DNA of 63,150 nucleotides, the filler included, from Octopus bimaculoides (Eukaryota), in the NCBI RefSeq assembly GCF_001194135.2. It is 4 parts of 4 records of this genome, joined end to end, with 100 filler letters (N's around TTAATTAATTAA, not from the genome) between each part and the next. Parts side by side here need not be neighbours in the genome. Positions count along the whole stretch, not along the records: positions 28,265 to 57,931 come from NC_068995.1; 3 more parts are not named here. One strand, written 5' to 3'. Shown one piece after another: positions 37,916 to 50,213 of the stretch. Under the pieces are notes generated by a model, which worked only from the letters and a program-made list of their open reading frames with translations, made no database searches and was not told the DNA's origin. A program made the position numbers and the translations under genes. Every line of letters starts with the position of its first letter. Within the stretch, counting starts at the first letter, position 1.

Positions 37916-40423
37916 GAATTCTTTCAATTTTACTTTCTCTCTCTCCCTCTCTCTCGCTCGAACACACACGCATACATATGTCCTTGTATACATTGTTCTA
38001 TTTCTGTATGATCATATTAATTAAGTGATGTACATAGTAATTTAACAGCAAAACGTCTGTTGCGTTCACTCAGAAGTGGCTACTTGTATCAATTTAGTAA
38101 AACCACGGGAATATAAGCCGAACCATGAATAGTAATATAAAATAGTAATATAAATATTAACTTTCTTTCAAATATATTCATGTGGTTTTGGCTCTGGAGG
38201 AAAATGACTGTGATTTCTCTGTTACAGGTAAGTTGGAAATTATCCTCTTCATATCATATGTAATCTATTATAGCATTCGTAATAAAAAGTAAATAAATAC
38301 AACTTTAACATCACATATGCATTTTTTTTCTTTTTTCAATATGAAACACCAATTGTTTGATATTTGTACAGTGACTTCTGGGAACATAATTCACGTGCAG
38401 GTTCCCTTTATAACTTATACCAGACATATTGATTAGATATGAAATGTTCAAAGACTTTCAGATTGAACATTAAATTGGCTATATGCTATTATTATCATGA
38501 ACAAGAAGTATTTGTCTATAAGTAATAAAATGTTTACGTACATAAATGTTTGAACATTGCATGTGTTAGGGTTGTACTGACCGCTGAGAAAACTGAGAGA
38601 ATTTTCAAACATAAAAGCATTTGTGTGAATCCTTTTTCAGTTAACGTGGTTAACTGTTTCAAGTGGATGAAGTCAATTAGAGAATGTAGATGAGAATATA
38701 CGCCATATTCCGTTAGGAATCACGCGAAATGTGACACTAGATATACTTAATTCATTCTATCTGAAATTTTAGTTAATATCCATCCAAGTTATAACCACGA
38801 CGACATCAATTATTTTTCCTTTGTATTGTATTGATGACAATCGACGTACAGAATGTCTTAATTCATGCTTTTAGTTATAGACTTACACTTTCTTTGTTTA
38901 ATGCTCTTGTCAAATTCATGAATATTACAATATAGCTCGTTTTTATTTTCCCAGTACATTACAGCTAATGATTCATTTGATGGATACCTCTGATTAAGAG
39001 TCTTCAAAAATAGACTCTTTTTTCTTTTATAATCAAATATAGTGAATAATAGGTGTAAGTTTTACAAGATGTGGTAGTGATTTACTGATTCGTGCATTTC
39101 CTGTTAGTATACACGCATTTAATTCGCTTGAATCAAACTACATTTTTATAAAGTCTACTGGCACATTTCTTAGATTGAATTGTACACTTCCGCATTTTTT
39201 CAGAAATTAGCAAAACAAATCAGAATGCTCTTCTATACGGTGAACGATTGACTTGCCTAATTCAACTTTACCATTATTTGTTTCAGTGGTAACAAATATA
39301 TATAAAAAAAAAGAACAGGAAATGACTGGTGCGTTATATTCTCCAATTCTTTGTATTTTGATTTCAAATTATCCCTGTAATATCCCTAACGACTTGTTAT
39401 GTTGTAAAGCTGTCCGGTGCAAAGGCGAGTGCTTCTGAAGCACCATTGAACTCAAATATAAATTTATAAAAACTAATATGGTCTGACTTTGCCTGAGTTC
39501 TTTGTATCCGGTTGGTGCGCCTGGTATTTCATTGATTATAAAATGCCTCTCAATATATTATGCATATTTAATTATCTAGCTCTTGAGAAATAAGATCTAC
39601 CACAAGCAAATAGAGGGGACATTTTATAACAAAAAAACTTCTGAATTTAATCGAGGGATATTGTTGTTGTTTCAAGGAGATCAGCTCCCTGATTAAAATT
39701 TAAATTCCATATTGTAGTATAAGAACACTATTTACATAAATGCTGATTATATTTGACTTTGAAAGTAGAAGTGTATTTCTAGAAAATGAATAGAGTCCGT
39801 TGCATGAGTACCATGGTATCATTTTGCGAACTGGAATGATAAAAGAGAATAGAATCTAAAGATCTGCTTTTTCTGCTGTTAAAATGCAATAGCGTATCAC
39901 GCAATACTTAAGGGAAGAATAATCTTTTTGAATTGTTCAGTTGGCAAAATGCTGTTCTTAAATTTTGATTTGAAATGTGCTTATTTCTGGCAGAGGTGTT
40001 AATTAATTTTTAGTGTCGAGGAGGGTATGAAAATTAAATTTCAGTGAAGGGCAAGTATATTATGTTGTATAGACAAGTTTTTACACTTCTTTTCGTTCCG
40101 TATGTGTGTGCGTTTGTGTGTATGTCTGTATGTGTCTGACTAAATGTATGAACATGTATAAATGCATATTTCATTAGAAAATATATTTTAATACAGAAGC
40201 ATGCACATAAGTTTAAAGGAAATTCTCAGGTCATCCTTAAAACCCTGTTTTTATTATTTTCCTTCCCCCTTGTGAAGGTATCGCTACGGGTTTTAGTCGT
40301 TCATATAGCAGTTATATCACATAATCCTTCAGTATTGGTTTATCAAATGACGTAGCGACATATTTAAGGTGAAGAGACCCATATTCGATATCGGTTTACC
40401 CCGATATAATATGATATAAACAA

Positions 40424-40466
40424 TTATTATTATTATTCAGGTCACAGCTTGGAATCGAACTCGGAA
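40424..40466 (-). mobile_element. SINE family C head fragment (B-box part)
   Basis: Reverse complement TTCCGAGTTCGATTCCAAGCTGTGACCTGAATAATAATAA matches the family C head end. Confidence 0.75.
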
Positions 40467-40520
40467 GGATAGGAAAATATTAGCTTTTTAAGCCCTAAAT
40501 ATTTTCTCCATAATTGCCTA

Positions 40521-40656
40521 CGGGCATATGGCGTAGTGGTTATGAGCGCGGTTAGAGTTCGATTGCAGGCTGTAACCTGAATAATAATAACAGAACCCAG
40601 TTTCGGAAATTTCCCCCAAGACACTTGATGAAGGCTGGAGGGTATACCAGCCGAAA
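40521..40656 (+). mobile_element. SINE family C copy, internally deleted, truncated right after the hammerhead GAAA
   Basis: CGGGCATATGGCGTAGTGGTTA (A box), GAGTTCGATT (B box), (AAT)n, then GACAC-TTGATGA-A-GGCTGG-AGGGTATA-CCAGCC-GAAA. Confidence 0.8.
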
Positions 40657-43075
40657 ATAAGGCTCAGGTTTTTTCTACATACTTCAAAATCTATGCATCA
40701 CCTTCATAATAAACAACAAAGGAAAAGACCGCCTTATATGTGACGGAAGAACTCTACATGTTATTTCCTGTGCTAGAAAAACTACATATTTTCAAAAGCG
40801 AGGAAAATACGGAAATGTCGGTATTTCATTGTAGTAGACGTGCTTGATGTGTGAACCATTGCCATATGATCTTTCATGCTTAGCCTCAGCATTATTAATT
40901 CACATTGCAGGCGAAGACTATCACTCATTAAAGGTATACCAAGGCGGTGGGATTGTGCATTTGAATGTGTCAGTATTTTTGCAGGGAACGCTGGGCTGAA
41001 TTAAGGAAACTAGTATCTCTTCCTAGCTAAAGAAAACTACCAAAACTCGGCTCTGATGGAAACTGCATTGAAGAAAGACCACTTTCTTTCACATGGTGAA
41101 TCCATTGCTTTATACGGAAGTTTGCTGAATGTGATAGACAATTCAAAAACAAAATTCATAAACAAAATAAACTGATCAATAAAAATGTAGGCAGACAAAT
41201 GAGCAGTCTGTCTGTAACTGTTGATATTAACATGAATTATTAACAATCCTTTAATGTTATATTGGATCTATCATTATATAATCCTTTTATTTAGACAATA
41301 TTATTGGGAAAATAAAAACATGCAGTTAACTTCGCTCCCTACCCGTTTTCATTGTTCGAGATCCTCAGTTATCTATAATACTAATTGCTAGATGATATTT
41401 CAATCTGTTTATCAAATATTATCGTGATCGAAACCAAGTGCGTATTTCTATTTGGAGACCAAATTTGATGGATATAGCTGCTAATTATTTCTCAAATCAA
41501 ATCTCGTCGTTTAAAAATGAATGTGTGACACGTTGGGTAGCGTAATTCGAGAAGCAGCGTGTTCATTTACACGAAATACATGGTGAAATTTTCGGTAGCT
41601 TTTCATTATAAGGCTTTCATGCTCTGTTTTGAATATAGAATAATCAGCATTAAGAAGACAAAATATTTGCTCAGGAAGTCTATCAAATATTTAAGAAGAT
41701 CCTCATGACAAATTCTTTAGATATGCGAAGACTTAGATGCGAGAAGAAAGGCTTTTAGAGACAGCTGAAATGAGGAATATGCCAAATAATTGTTTAAAAC
41801 CAAACAATATTTTTTTGTACAGAATCTTTCAAGCATTTATGAAAAATATAGGCCCCTGGCATTTATCACATCTTGGAACATTAATCCTATTTCAGTACCA
41901 CGAGGGTGGCATGTTTTCAAAGTTACAGCATTAAGAAGACGTGGTGTATACAATAAATTTGTTGATTCGATCGTACCATTATATATGTATATATATATAT
42001 ATGTGTATGTGTATATATATATATAAGATCNNNNNNNNNNNNNNNNNNNNNNNNNNNNNNNNNNNNNNNNNNNNNNNNNNNNNNNNNNNNNNNNNNNNNN
42101 NNNNNNNNNNNNNNNNNNNNNNNNNNNNNNNNNNNNNNNNNNNNNNNNNNNNNNNNNNNNNNNNNNNNNNNNNNNNNNNNNNNNNNNNNNNNNNNNNNNN
42201 NNNNNNNNNNNNNNNNNNNNNNNNNNNNNNNNNNNNNNNNNNNNNNNNNNNNNNNNNNNNNNNNNNNNNNNNNNNNNNNNNNNNNNNNNNNNNNNNNNNN
42301 NNNNNNNNNNNNNNNNNNNNNNNNNNNNNNNNNNNNNNNNNNNNNNNNNNNNNNNNNNNNNNNNNNNNNNNNNNNNNNNNNNNNNNNNNNNNNNNNNNNN
42401 NNNNNNNNNNNNNNNNNNNNNNNNNNNNNNNNNNNNNNNNNNNNNNNNNTGTATATAATTGACAAAATTGGAGTCAACAAGAAGGCGTACAGTTATACGC
42501 TTATTTTTTAATCTCTACTATTGTTTCCATGCAACGTAGATTTCCAGGAATGCATGTACTTGGTTATGCAAGCGTTTCCCTTCATTATGAGATGCGGTTG
42601 CGTTTCCTCAGGCGATATGTAAATATTGTCTCCATAAGTTCACATTATCGGCTTGAAAATCATCTTTTTTTCCCTGTCGTGGCTTGAATTTAGTAGTAGT
42701 CACAGTGTTTATCAGCGTGTATTATTACTGAAGGACAGTTGGAAAAATGCTCTGAATCTCTAGATATTTGCTATTTTTAAAGTGGTTGCCGTTTTAAAGA
42801 GATTGAAATTTGATTAATTTGTATTTTCTAGTAGGTTACAGATGCGATTGTCCTTAGCTGATCTTTAAGATTCGGCCTATACAGACACATATTGTTGGTT
42901 CACATATACCTCTATATGCGTACTAACGCTCGTACACATGCACTCACACACACGCACACGCAAACATACGGATATACTGATATGTATACATATATATTTA
43001 TGTATTGATGTACATAAGTATATATACATATACACACACATATATATACTTGCATGCACGAACGCGCGCGCGCAC

Positions 43076-43122
<47 letters not shown>

Positions 43123-43127
<5 letters not shown>

Positions 43128-43232
43128 CAATTAGAAAGTGGAGGATAATATGCTGAACCCAACTACTTGCGGGATACACTGTCTGCAAGTAGTTGGTTCC
43201 AGCATATTATCTTCCATTTTCTAATTGATATA
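43123..43232. repeat. near-perfect hairpin, 51-bp arms and 8-nt loop
   Basis: 43123-43173 pairs with 43182-43232: 45 Watson-Crick, 4 G-T and 2 mismatches, counted by hand. Confidence 0.92.
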
Positions 43233-43389
43233 CAAATTTGGGGTAACTACTCCCCTTTTTATCCGCTCCCATTTATTGCACTTGGCATAACACTAGTGTA
43301 GCAATAATTGGGTACCCTCCCAGCAGTATATTGGATAGACACTATCCCTTAGTGGGTTGAATCCTCAACCCCTAACCCTCTCGCATTAC

Positions 43390-43433
<44 letters not shown>

Positions 43434-43840
43434 ATGCATGTATGTATATCAAATATAAAATACACATTGTGTACAGGAATAACCCCTCATTAGTTGCCGG
43501 ACTGTTTCTCACTCCTATTTCGTGCTTTTAACGATATTATAGGGAAACTTCATAAGACAGCATCCAGAAATTTTAAAGTTATAAATTCATGGAGAGTTAG
43601 AGCTGCGAACGAACACACAACGATAGAGTGGACCTACTGAGTAAACAATCGCTGCAAACACACACATATACGCATATGTACGCGCGTTCACATACACATA
43701 TATAAATATATGTACATGGATAAACACACATGCATATACATACACAGATATAATTGCATACATAAATGTATTTCTGCGTGCGTGTGTGTGTATCTACATC
43801 TCTCTCTTGCTCTCTCTCTGTTTCAATATATATATATATG

Positions 43841-43906
<66 letters not shown>

Positions 43907-44300
43907 CATAATATATATAATATATATGTATATATATGCTCATATGTATATATGTGTGTATGACTGCGTGTATGTGTGTATGTGGTGCATGTGTGTTTCT
44001 GTGTATTGATACATATGTGTAAACGAGTACAATAATAGAAGTGTATATATATATATATATATTCAGCTGCATTTATGTATTTCCCTGCGCTTTTCCTCCT
44101 TCTCAATGCCAGATTTGAACGGCAACTCATGTGCGACATTTATATTTGAAATGCAGTAGAGAAGGAAAATATTTATAAGAGTCTTCCAAAATTTATTTCT
44201 TTCAGTGACATTACTGGAGGACTGCCTTGAAAGGATTTAGTCAAACAAATCGACGCTAGGAAACGTTTTATAAGCCAAGTACGTATCATACATATATATA

Positions 44301-44607
44301 TGAATGGCTCCGGATTTAGTCCTACTGCGTGGCACTGTGGGCAAGTGTCTCCTAATATAGCCTTAGACCGACCAAAACCTTGCGAGTGGAATTGGTAGAC
44401 GGAAACTGAAAGAAGCCCGTCGTATATATGTAATTATATGTGTGTGCATGTGTGTGTATATGTTTGTGTGTCTGTGTTTGTCACCCTAAATCGCTTGACA
44501 ACCGATGCTGGTGTGTGTACGTCCCCGTAACTTAGCGGTTCGGCAAATGTGACCGATAGAAAAGTACTAGGCTTACAAAGAATGAATCTTGGATTCGATT
44601 TCTTCGA
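44301..44607 (+). mobile_element. SINE family B, 5' and 3' trimmed
   Basis: TGGGCAAGTGTCT...GAGTGGAATTGGTAGACGGAAACTGAAAGAAGCCCGTCG...GTAACTTAGCGGTTCGGCAAA. Confidence 0.9.
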
Positions 44608-44620
44608 ACGATATTATATT

Positions 44621-44840
44621 TATTTCTTTATTGTCCACAGGAGGCTAGATATAGAGAGGACAAAGAAGGACAGCCAGGGGCATTAAGTCGATTACATCGA
44701 CCTCAGTGCGTAACTGGTACTTATTTAATCAACTCTGAAATGATGAAAAGCAAAGTTGACTTCGGCGGAATTCGAAATCAAAACGTAATGGCAGACGTAT
44801 TTCGCCAGTCGTGCTGACGACTCTGCCAGCTCGCTGCCCT
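44621..44840 (-). mobile_element. SINE family A with 13-bp flanking direct repeat
   Basis: Family A sequence flanked by ACGATATTATATT at 44608-44620 and 44847-44859. Confidence 0.85.
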
Positions 44841-45800
44841 ATTTTGACGATATTATATTGACTACGGAAAAACCTGCGTGGTGTATANNNNNNNNNNNNN
44901 NNNNNNNNNNNNNNNNNNNNNNNNNNNNNNNNNNNNNNNNNNNNNNNNNNNNNNNNNNNNNNNNNNNNNNNNNNNNNNNNNNNNNNNNNNNNNNNNNNNN
45001 NNNNNNNNNNNNNNNNNNNNNNNNNNNNNNNNNNNNNNNNNNNNNNNNNNNNNNNNNNNNNNNNNNNNNNNNNNNNNNNNNNNNNNNNNNNNNNNNNNNN
45101 NNNNNNNNNNNNNNNNNNNNNNNNNNNNNNNNNNNNNNNNNNNNNNNNNNNNNNNNNNNNNNNNNNNNNNNNNNNNNNNNNNNNNNNNNNNNNNNNNNNN
45201 NNNNNNNNNNNNNNNNNNNNNNNNNNNNNNNNNNNNNNNNNNNNNNNNNNNNNNNNNNNNNNNNNNNNNNNNNNNNNNNNNNNNNNNNNNNNNNNNNNNN
45301 NNNNNNNNNNNNNNNNNNNNNNNNNNNNNNNNNNNNNNNNNNNNNNNNNNNNNNNNNNNNNNNNNNNNNNNNNNNNNNNNNNNNNNNNNNNNNNNNNNNN
45401 NNNNNNNNNNNNNNNNNNNNNNNNNNNNNNNNNNNNNNNNNNNNNNNNNNNNNNNNNNNNNNNNNNNNNNNNNNNNNNNNNNNNNNNNNNNNNNNNNNNN
45501 NNNNNNNNNNNNNNNNNNNNNNNNNNNNNNNNNNNNNNNNNNNNNNNNNNNNNNNNNNNNNNNNNNNNNNNNNNNNNNNNNNNNNNNNNNNNNNNNNNNN
45601 NNNNNNNNNNNNNNNNNNNNNNNNNNNNNNNNNNNNNNNNNNNNNNNNNNNNNNNNNNNNNNNNNNNNNNNNNNNNNNNNNNNNNNNNNNNNNNNNNNNN
45701 NNNNNNNNNNNNNNNNNNNNNNNNNNNNNNNNNNNNNNNNNNNNNNNNNNNNNNNNNNNNNNNNNNNNNNNNNNNNNNNNNNNNNNNNNNNNNNNNNNNN

Positions 45801-45833
<33 letters not shown>

Positions 45834-46355
45834 GTATGCATGTATATATCTATGTATATACATGTATGTATTATGTATACATATATATCTATGTATTACG
45901 TATATATATGTTTCATGTGTGTATATATGTGTGTGTGTGTGTGCGCGCGCGCGCGCGTGTGTTTGTGTGTGTGGGTGTGTTTGTATGTATATGGATGTAC
46001 ATGATTAATATCGATATAATGGTATGGATATTGATATAAACATATAGAGGTATGTAAGAAGGAGAAAGCAAGTTATTCATACGAAAAGATTCAATATCAC
46101 ATAAGGTATTCAGTATATGGATATCTCTTTATAAAATATAAATCTATCTATATGAATATCAACAACCCCACCCATAACTGTTTGTCTGATTGCTGCTTTC
46201 ATCAGCTTTCTCTTCCTTTTATCCTTCCCCCCAATCTACGATATTGTATCGTGTTTTAATATCTCTTTTTTATCTTATCTGTCAAATACAATGTCTTCCT
46301 CTTTCACTACCTCTCGTTCATTCATTTATTTATTCATTTAGTATATCATACATTC

Positions 46356-46404
<49 letters not shown>

Positions 46405-46682
46405 ATTTTTATCTTTGCCTCTTTCTTTCTCTCTCTCTCTCTCTCTCTCTCGCTCTCTCCAACTTTTCCTGTATACCTCTCTGTATACTAAAGCATATAC
46501 ATCCACACCCTCAACACTTTCCCCACACACTCACCCTACACACTCACACGACACCGTTTATCAATTCATATCAATATATACACACATTTATGTATATTAT
46601 ATTTATATACATATATATTGATAAATACTTAGATGCTTACCCACATACATACAGAGAGACACACCCATATATTATATTATAA

Positions 46683-46721
<39 letters not shown>

Positions 46722-46987
46722 NNNNNNNNNNNNNNNNNNNNNNNNNNNNNNNNNNNNNNNNNNNNNNNNNNNNNNNNNNNNNNNNNNNNNNNNNNNNNNN
46801 NNNNNNNNNGTGTGTGTGTGTGTATACATATATGTTCTCACACACGCTCTCAGATACAACTGCGTATATACATACACATACAATTGAGAGTTATCTGTGA
46901 AAGGTGGGGGGAGTGTTTAACTATATCATTTTCTGTTTCTACGTTTACTTTTACTTTCTTCTTGCCTTTCATCCACTTCTGTCTCAC

Positions 46988-47136
46988 TTCTTTTGAATGT
47001 AGTATCTAGAATATTTCCACGCAATAGAGTTTGCATTTCTTGAAGCACGTGCACGGAGGACGGGACAAAATTGTTAGCTGTAAGGGAGGTCAAGATTTTG
47101 AGGTCATTTGTGACGTTGGTTGGCTGCATTTCAAAC
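46988..47136 (-). CDS. candidate internal exon, unknown protein
   Basis: TTGACAG| acceptor, |GTGAGA donor, open frame FEMQPTNVTNDLKILTSLTANNFVPSSVHVLQEMQTLLRGNILDTTFKR; GC-richer than flanks; no homology recognised. Confidence 0.22.
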
Positions 47137-49428
47137 CTGTCAACGCTACGCAGAAGACGGTATTATGCATTGCAAAATAAGACGATATTTGACAGAAGAT
47201 TAATCACAGGAATTGCCACCAAAGACCACACAAGCATTATAAGTTCTATTCACTTGGTCGTTGCTTCAACTATATTATGGAGCAAAGGAAAGTTCACCTT
47301 GATGGATGACAAAATGAAGTAAATATATGCAAGTCAAAGACTACGATATGTGCCGAAGAAACAAAAACAAATAAGTAAAGAAGTAGAAATAATTGTATAA
47401 ACAATGAAATAAGCAAACAATAGCTAGAGATGGATTGATAATGTAAACCCCATCCAACCCTATTTCGAAACACTTGGTGTCAATAGGAGAGTAGGATTGA
47501 AAGCGATCAAATCTGTGTATATCAACGGGAGACTGGGGAGTTGAGAATGAGTGAAGGACAGAACACGCAGGAATAGGGAAAATTACAAAAGAAAATCAGA
47601 TGCGTTGTATATACGATGTAATACATGAAATTTGCAGTTCTGGTGACGTCATAACAGTCATTGTTGTGAAGAAAGTGAAGTAAAGCAAAGTAATTATATG
47701 ACGTAGGTTGGGAGAAAGGCATAATGGGTTGAAACTACATTTTAAAGCTATAATAACAGGGTAAATATAACGGGGAGACATCCCAATCGCTTCACGAGTA
47801 TATAGAAATTGTCGCTTTGAGAGTTGTATAACTTTGCGACTATAATAAACAAAGCGACAGATAGAGGAGGAAGAACAGAAGCGTGAATTTTTTTGTTTTT
47901 TCTTAGTTGGAACTGACGTGCAGAAATATAATCATTAGCACACGCACAAAACATACACACTTCTGCATAAGCTCGCATGCACGCGCAAACACGCACATGT
48001 AATGAGAATTACATTGTCACATAATGAGAATCACAAAATAGACGAAAGGACTGGATGGAAAACCGACTGGATGCTGTATCTCAACGTACGATGTATAGAC
48101 AAAGCAAGCATGTATGTTTATGCTCAAACACTCATTCGCCCACGCATAGAATTAGGTATATGTGTGTGTGCGTGCGTGTGTGTGTGTGAGCGTGTGTGTG
48201 TGTGTATACAGACATGTGTGTATATATATGTTATTGTATGTATTTCTGTGTCTTTATATTCATGTATGTATGTATGTATGTATGTATGTATGTATGTATG
48301 TACGTATGTATCTATGAACGTATGTCTATGTTTACTCTCAGTAAATATCATTCACTTGCTTGAAAAAGCACTTAAATCCTTCTCATGTTACAATGCACTG
48401 TCTTTAAAGGATTGAAGATCACATTGAAGAATGCAGTTCATGATATATAGATATACAAGTGGAATCTAGTTAGAAAATCTTTGATCGTATTATTTCTCAA
48501 CCAGGACACTAAGTAGCAGTAGCAGTAGCGACAGCGACATTGATGTTGACAGAAGATTATTAACAACAATCTAGTCACACGTAATATCGAATGAGAAATA
48601 TTATACAACGCAGTTATAAACTGTAATAAACATAATATTTAAAAATATATATATAAAAAAAAATCACACTTTTCTTTGCTGGCATTTTATTATTTTCTTT
48701 GCAATTTAAGTTCACGTCAGTCGTCATTTATCCAGATGAAATTTGATCCCGCTTATCTATTGGCGAACCCATACAATCTCTGACCATTACTGTTTTCACA
48801 ATAAAATATCCCTTTGGTGATCAGTATAATGTTTGTGAGAGATATGTCTTTCAAGAACTCAAAACTGACTACTAGTGACCACGTCTATGCTATTTCCATC
48901 ACCAAAATTAAAGGGGAACAGAAGCTTCCAGTCGCTGTGCCGTCCAGAAATAACAGCCACATCACTAATAAAACTAAAGCTTCCTGAAGAATAATAGATA
49001 TAAGGCAATAACAAACTGCATGCCTACGGAAAGATGTCAGAGACAAACATGTACCGGTGTTTAGAAGAGAATTATTTCTCATTATCTGAGTGAGAGGACA
49101 TTTTGCTGCGCCTGGCGAAATTTCTTGCACCACAGTTTCATTAAAAAATGGCCCCTTATATTATAATTTAAATTTACGTTGACGTTTCCTTTGCCTTTAA
49201 TCTTTGGTCGATGAAAGAAAATGAAATAGATGATTACACCACTCTACAGAATTCTACTTGATCAGAGACGATATGCAATACTTTTCCTCTAATGAGTAAG
49301 ATGCTAGCTCTCTTACAGTTCCTCTTCAATAGTCTTTCCTCCACAAAGCCTCATCCCTCTGGAATATCCTTCTTTTCCATATCTTTTGAGCAGATGTTGA
49401 CTTTCCGGTGTTGAAACGTAATATTAGC

Positions 49429-49596
49429 GTTCTATATTTAAGAGCTGAGGAATTATGTACGTTATTTACATTATTTACATTTGACGGATATTTGTCCTCA
49501 TCTTGGTTGTTGTTAACACCATGTTTCGGATGATATATCCCACAGCCTTCATCAGATTTCTTGGGGAAATTTCGAACCTGGGTTCTTATTCCTAAG

Positions 49597-49636
<40 letters not shown>

Positions 49637-49709
49637 TCGCTGCCTGCAATCGAACTCGAAATCTTGGGTTTAGTAGCCCGCGCTCTTAACCACTACGCCA
49701 TATGCCCGC
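49429..49709 (-). mobile_element. SINE family C, full length: tRNA-like head, (AAT)n, hammerhead-containing tail
   Basis: Reverse complement GCGGGCATATGGCGTAGTGGTTAAGAGCGCGGGCTACTAAACCCAAGATTTCGAGTTCGATTGCAGGC..., (AAT)n, ...CTGATGA-A-GGCTG-n10-CATCC-GAAAC-ATG-GTGTT (49515-49562). Confidence 0.88.
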
Positions 49710-50213
49710 GGCTTCAAAATCCACTATCTCAGCTAACAAATGTCTAGGACCAATCCCTTCTTCCTAAATATGCAATAAAAACAAAATTAGCATTAGGATT
49801 CTTATCTGTTACTCCAGATACGGACAGAGAGATGAAATTACTCTGTAGTCTCTTGTTAGATGTTTCAGAATTGTTGACATATGTGGTTCTCGATAATTTT
49901 CTGATGCTACAGCCCAAATCATAGCGTAAAAGATTGAAAAGACAGAAATACTTTATTTTCCCCTTTAGCCAAAGCCTCATAAACTTCATGTTCCCCTTCA
50001 AGAATATGGGCATGAAAAGGAAACTACTGTCATTTACTAAATTTGCTGAAGATAGAAAATAAGGCCGGGCATGGTTCTATAGAACTTATCTACTTCTGGT
50101 AAGTTCTTATAGACGGAAGAACGAATATGGGAAACGATCCGCGTTCATAGTAATCAGGGTAACCTGCCTGATTGGCATCAGTTGAGTGCGAGCGACTCTA
50201 TAGAAACAAATCG

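Noticed and set aside
48860-48990. PKD-domain-like FNFGDG peptide on the minus strand
   Set aside because: Six-residue resemblance only, the PKD Trp is absent, both strands are open, and the phase does not fit the next candidate exon.
49640-49709. tRNA gene calls for SINE heads (also 51897 and the family A/B heads)
   Set aside because: A and B boxes are present, but there is no proper acceptor stem, and the heads continue into family-specific repeat bodies.
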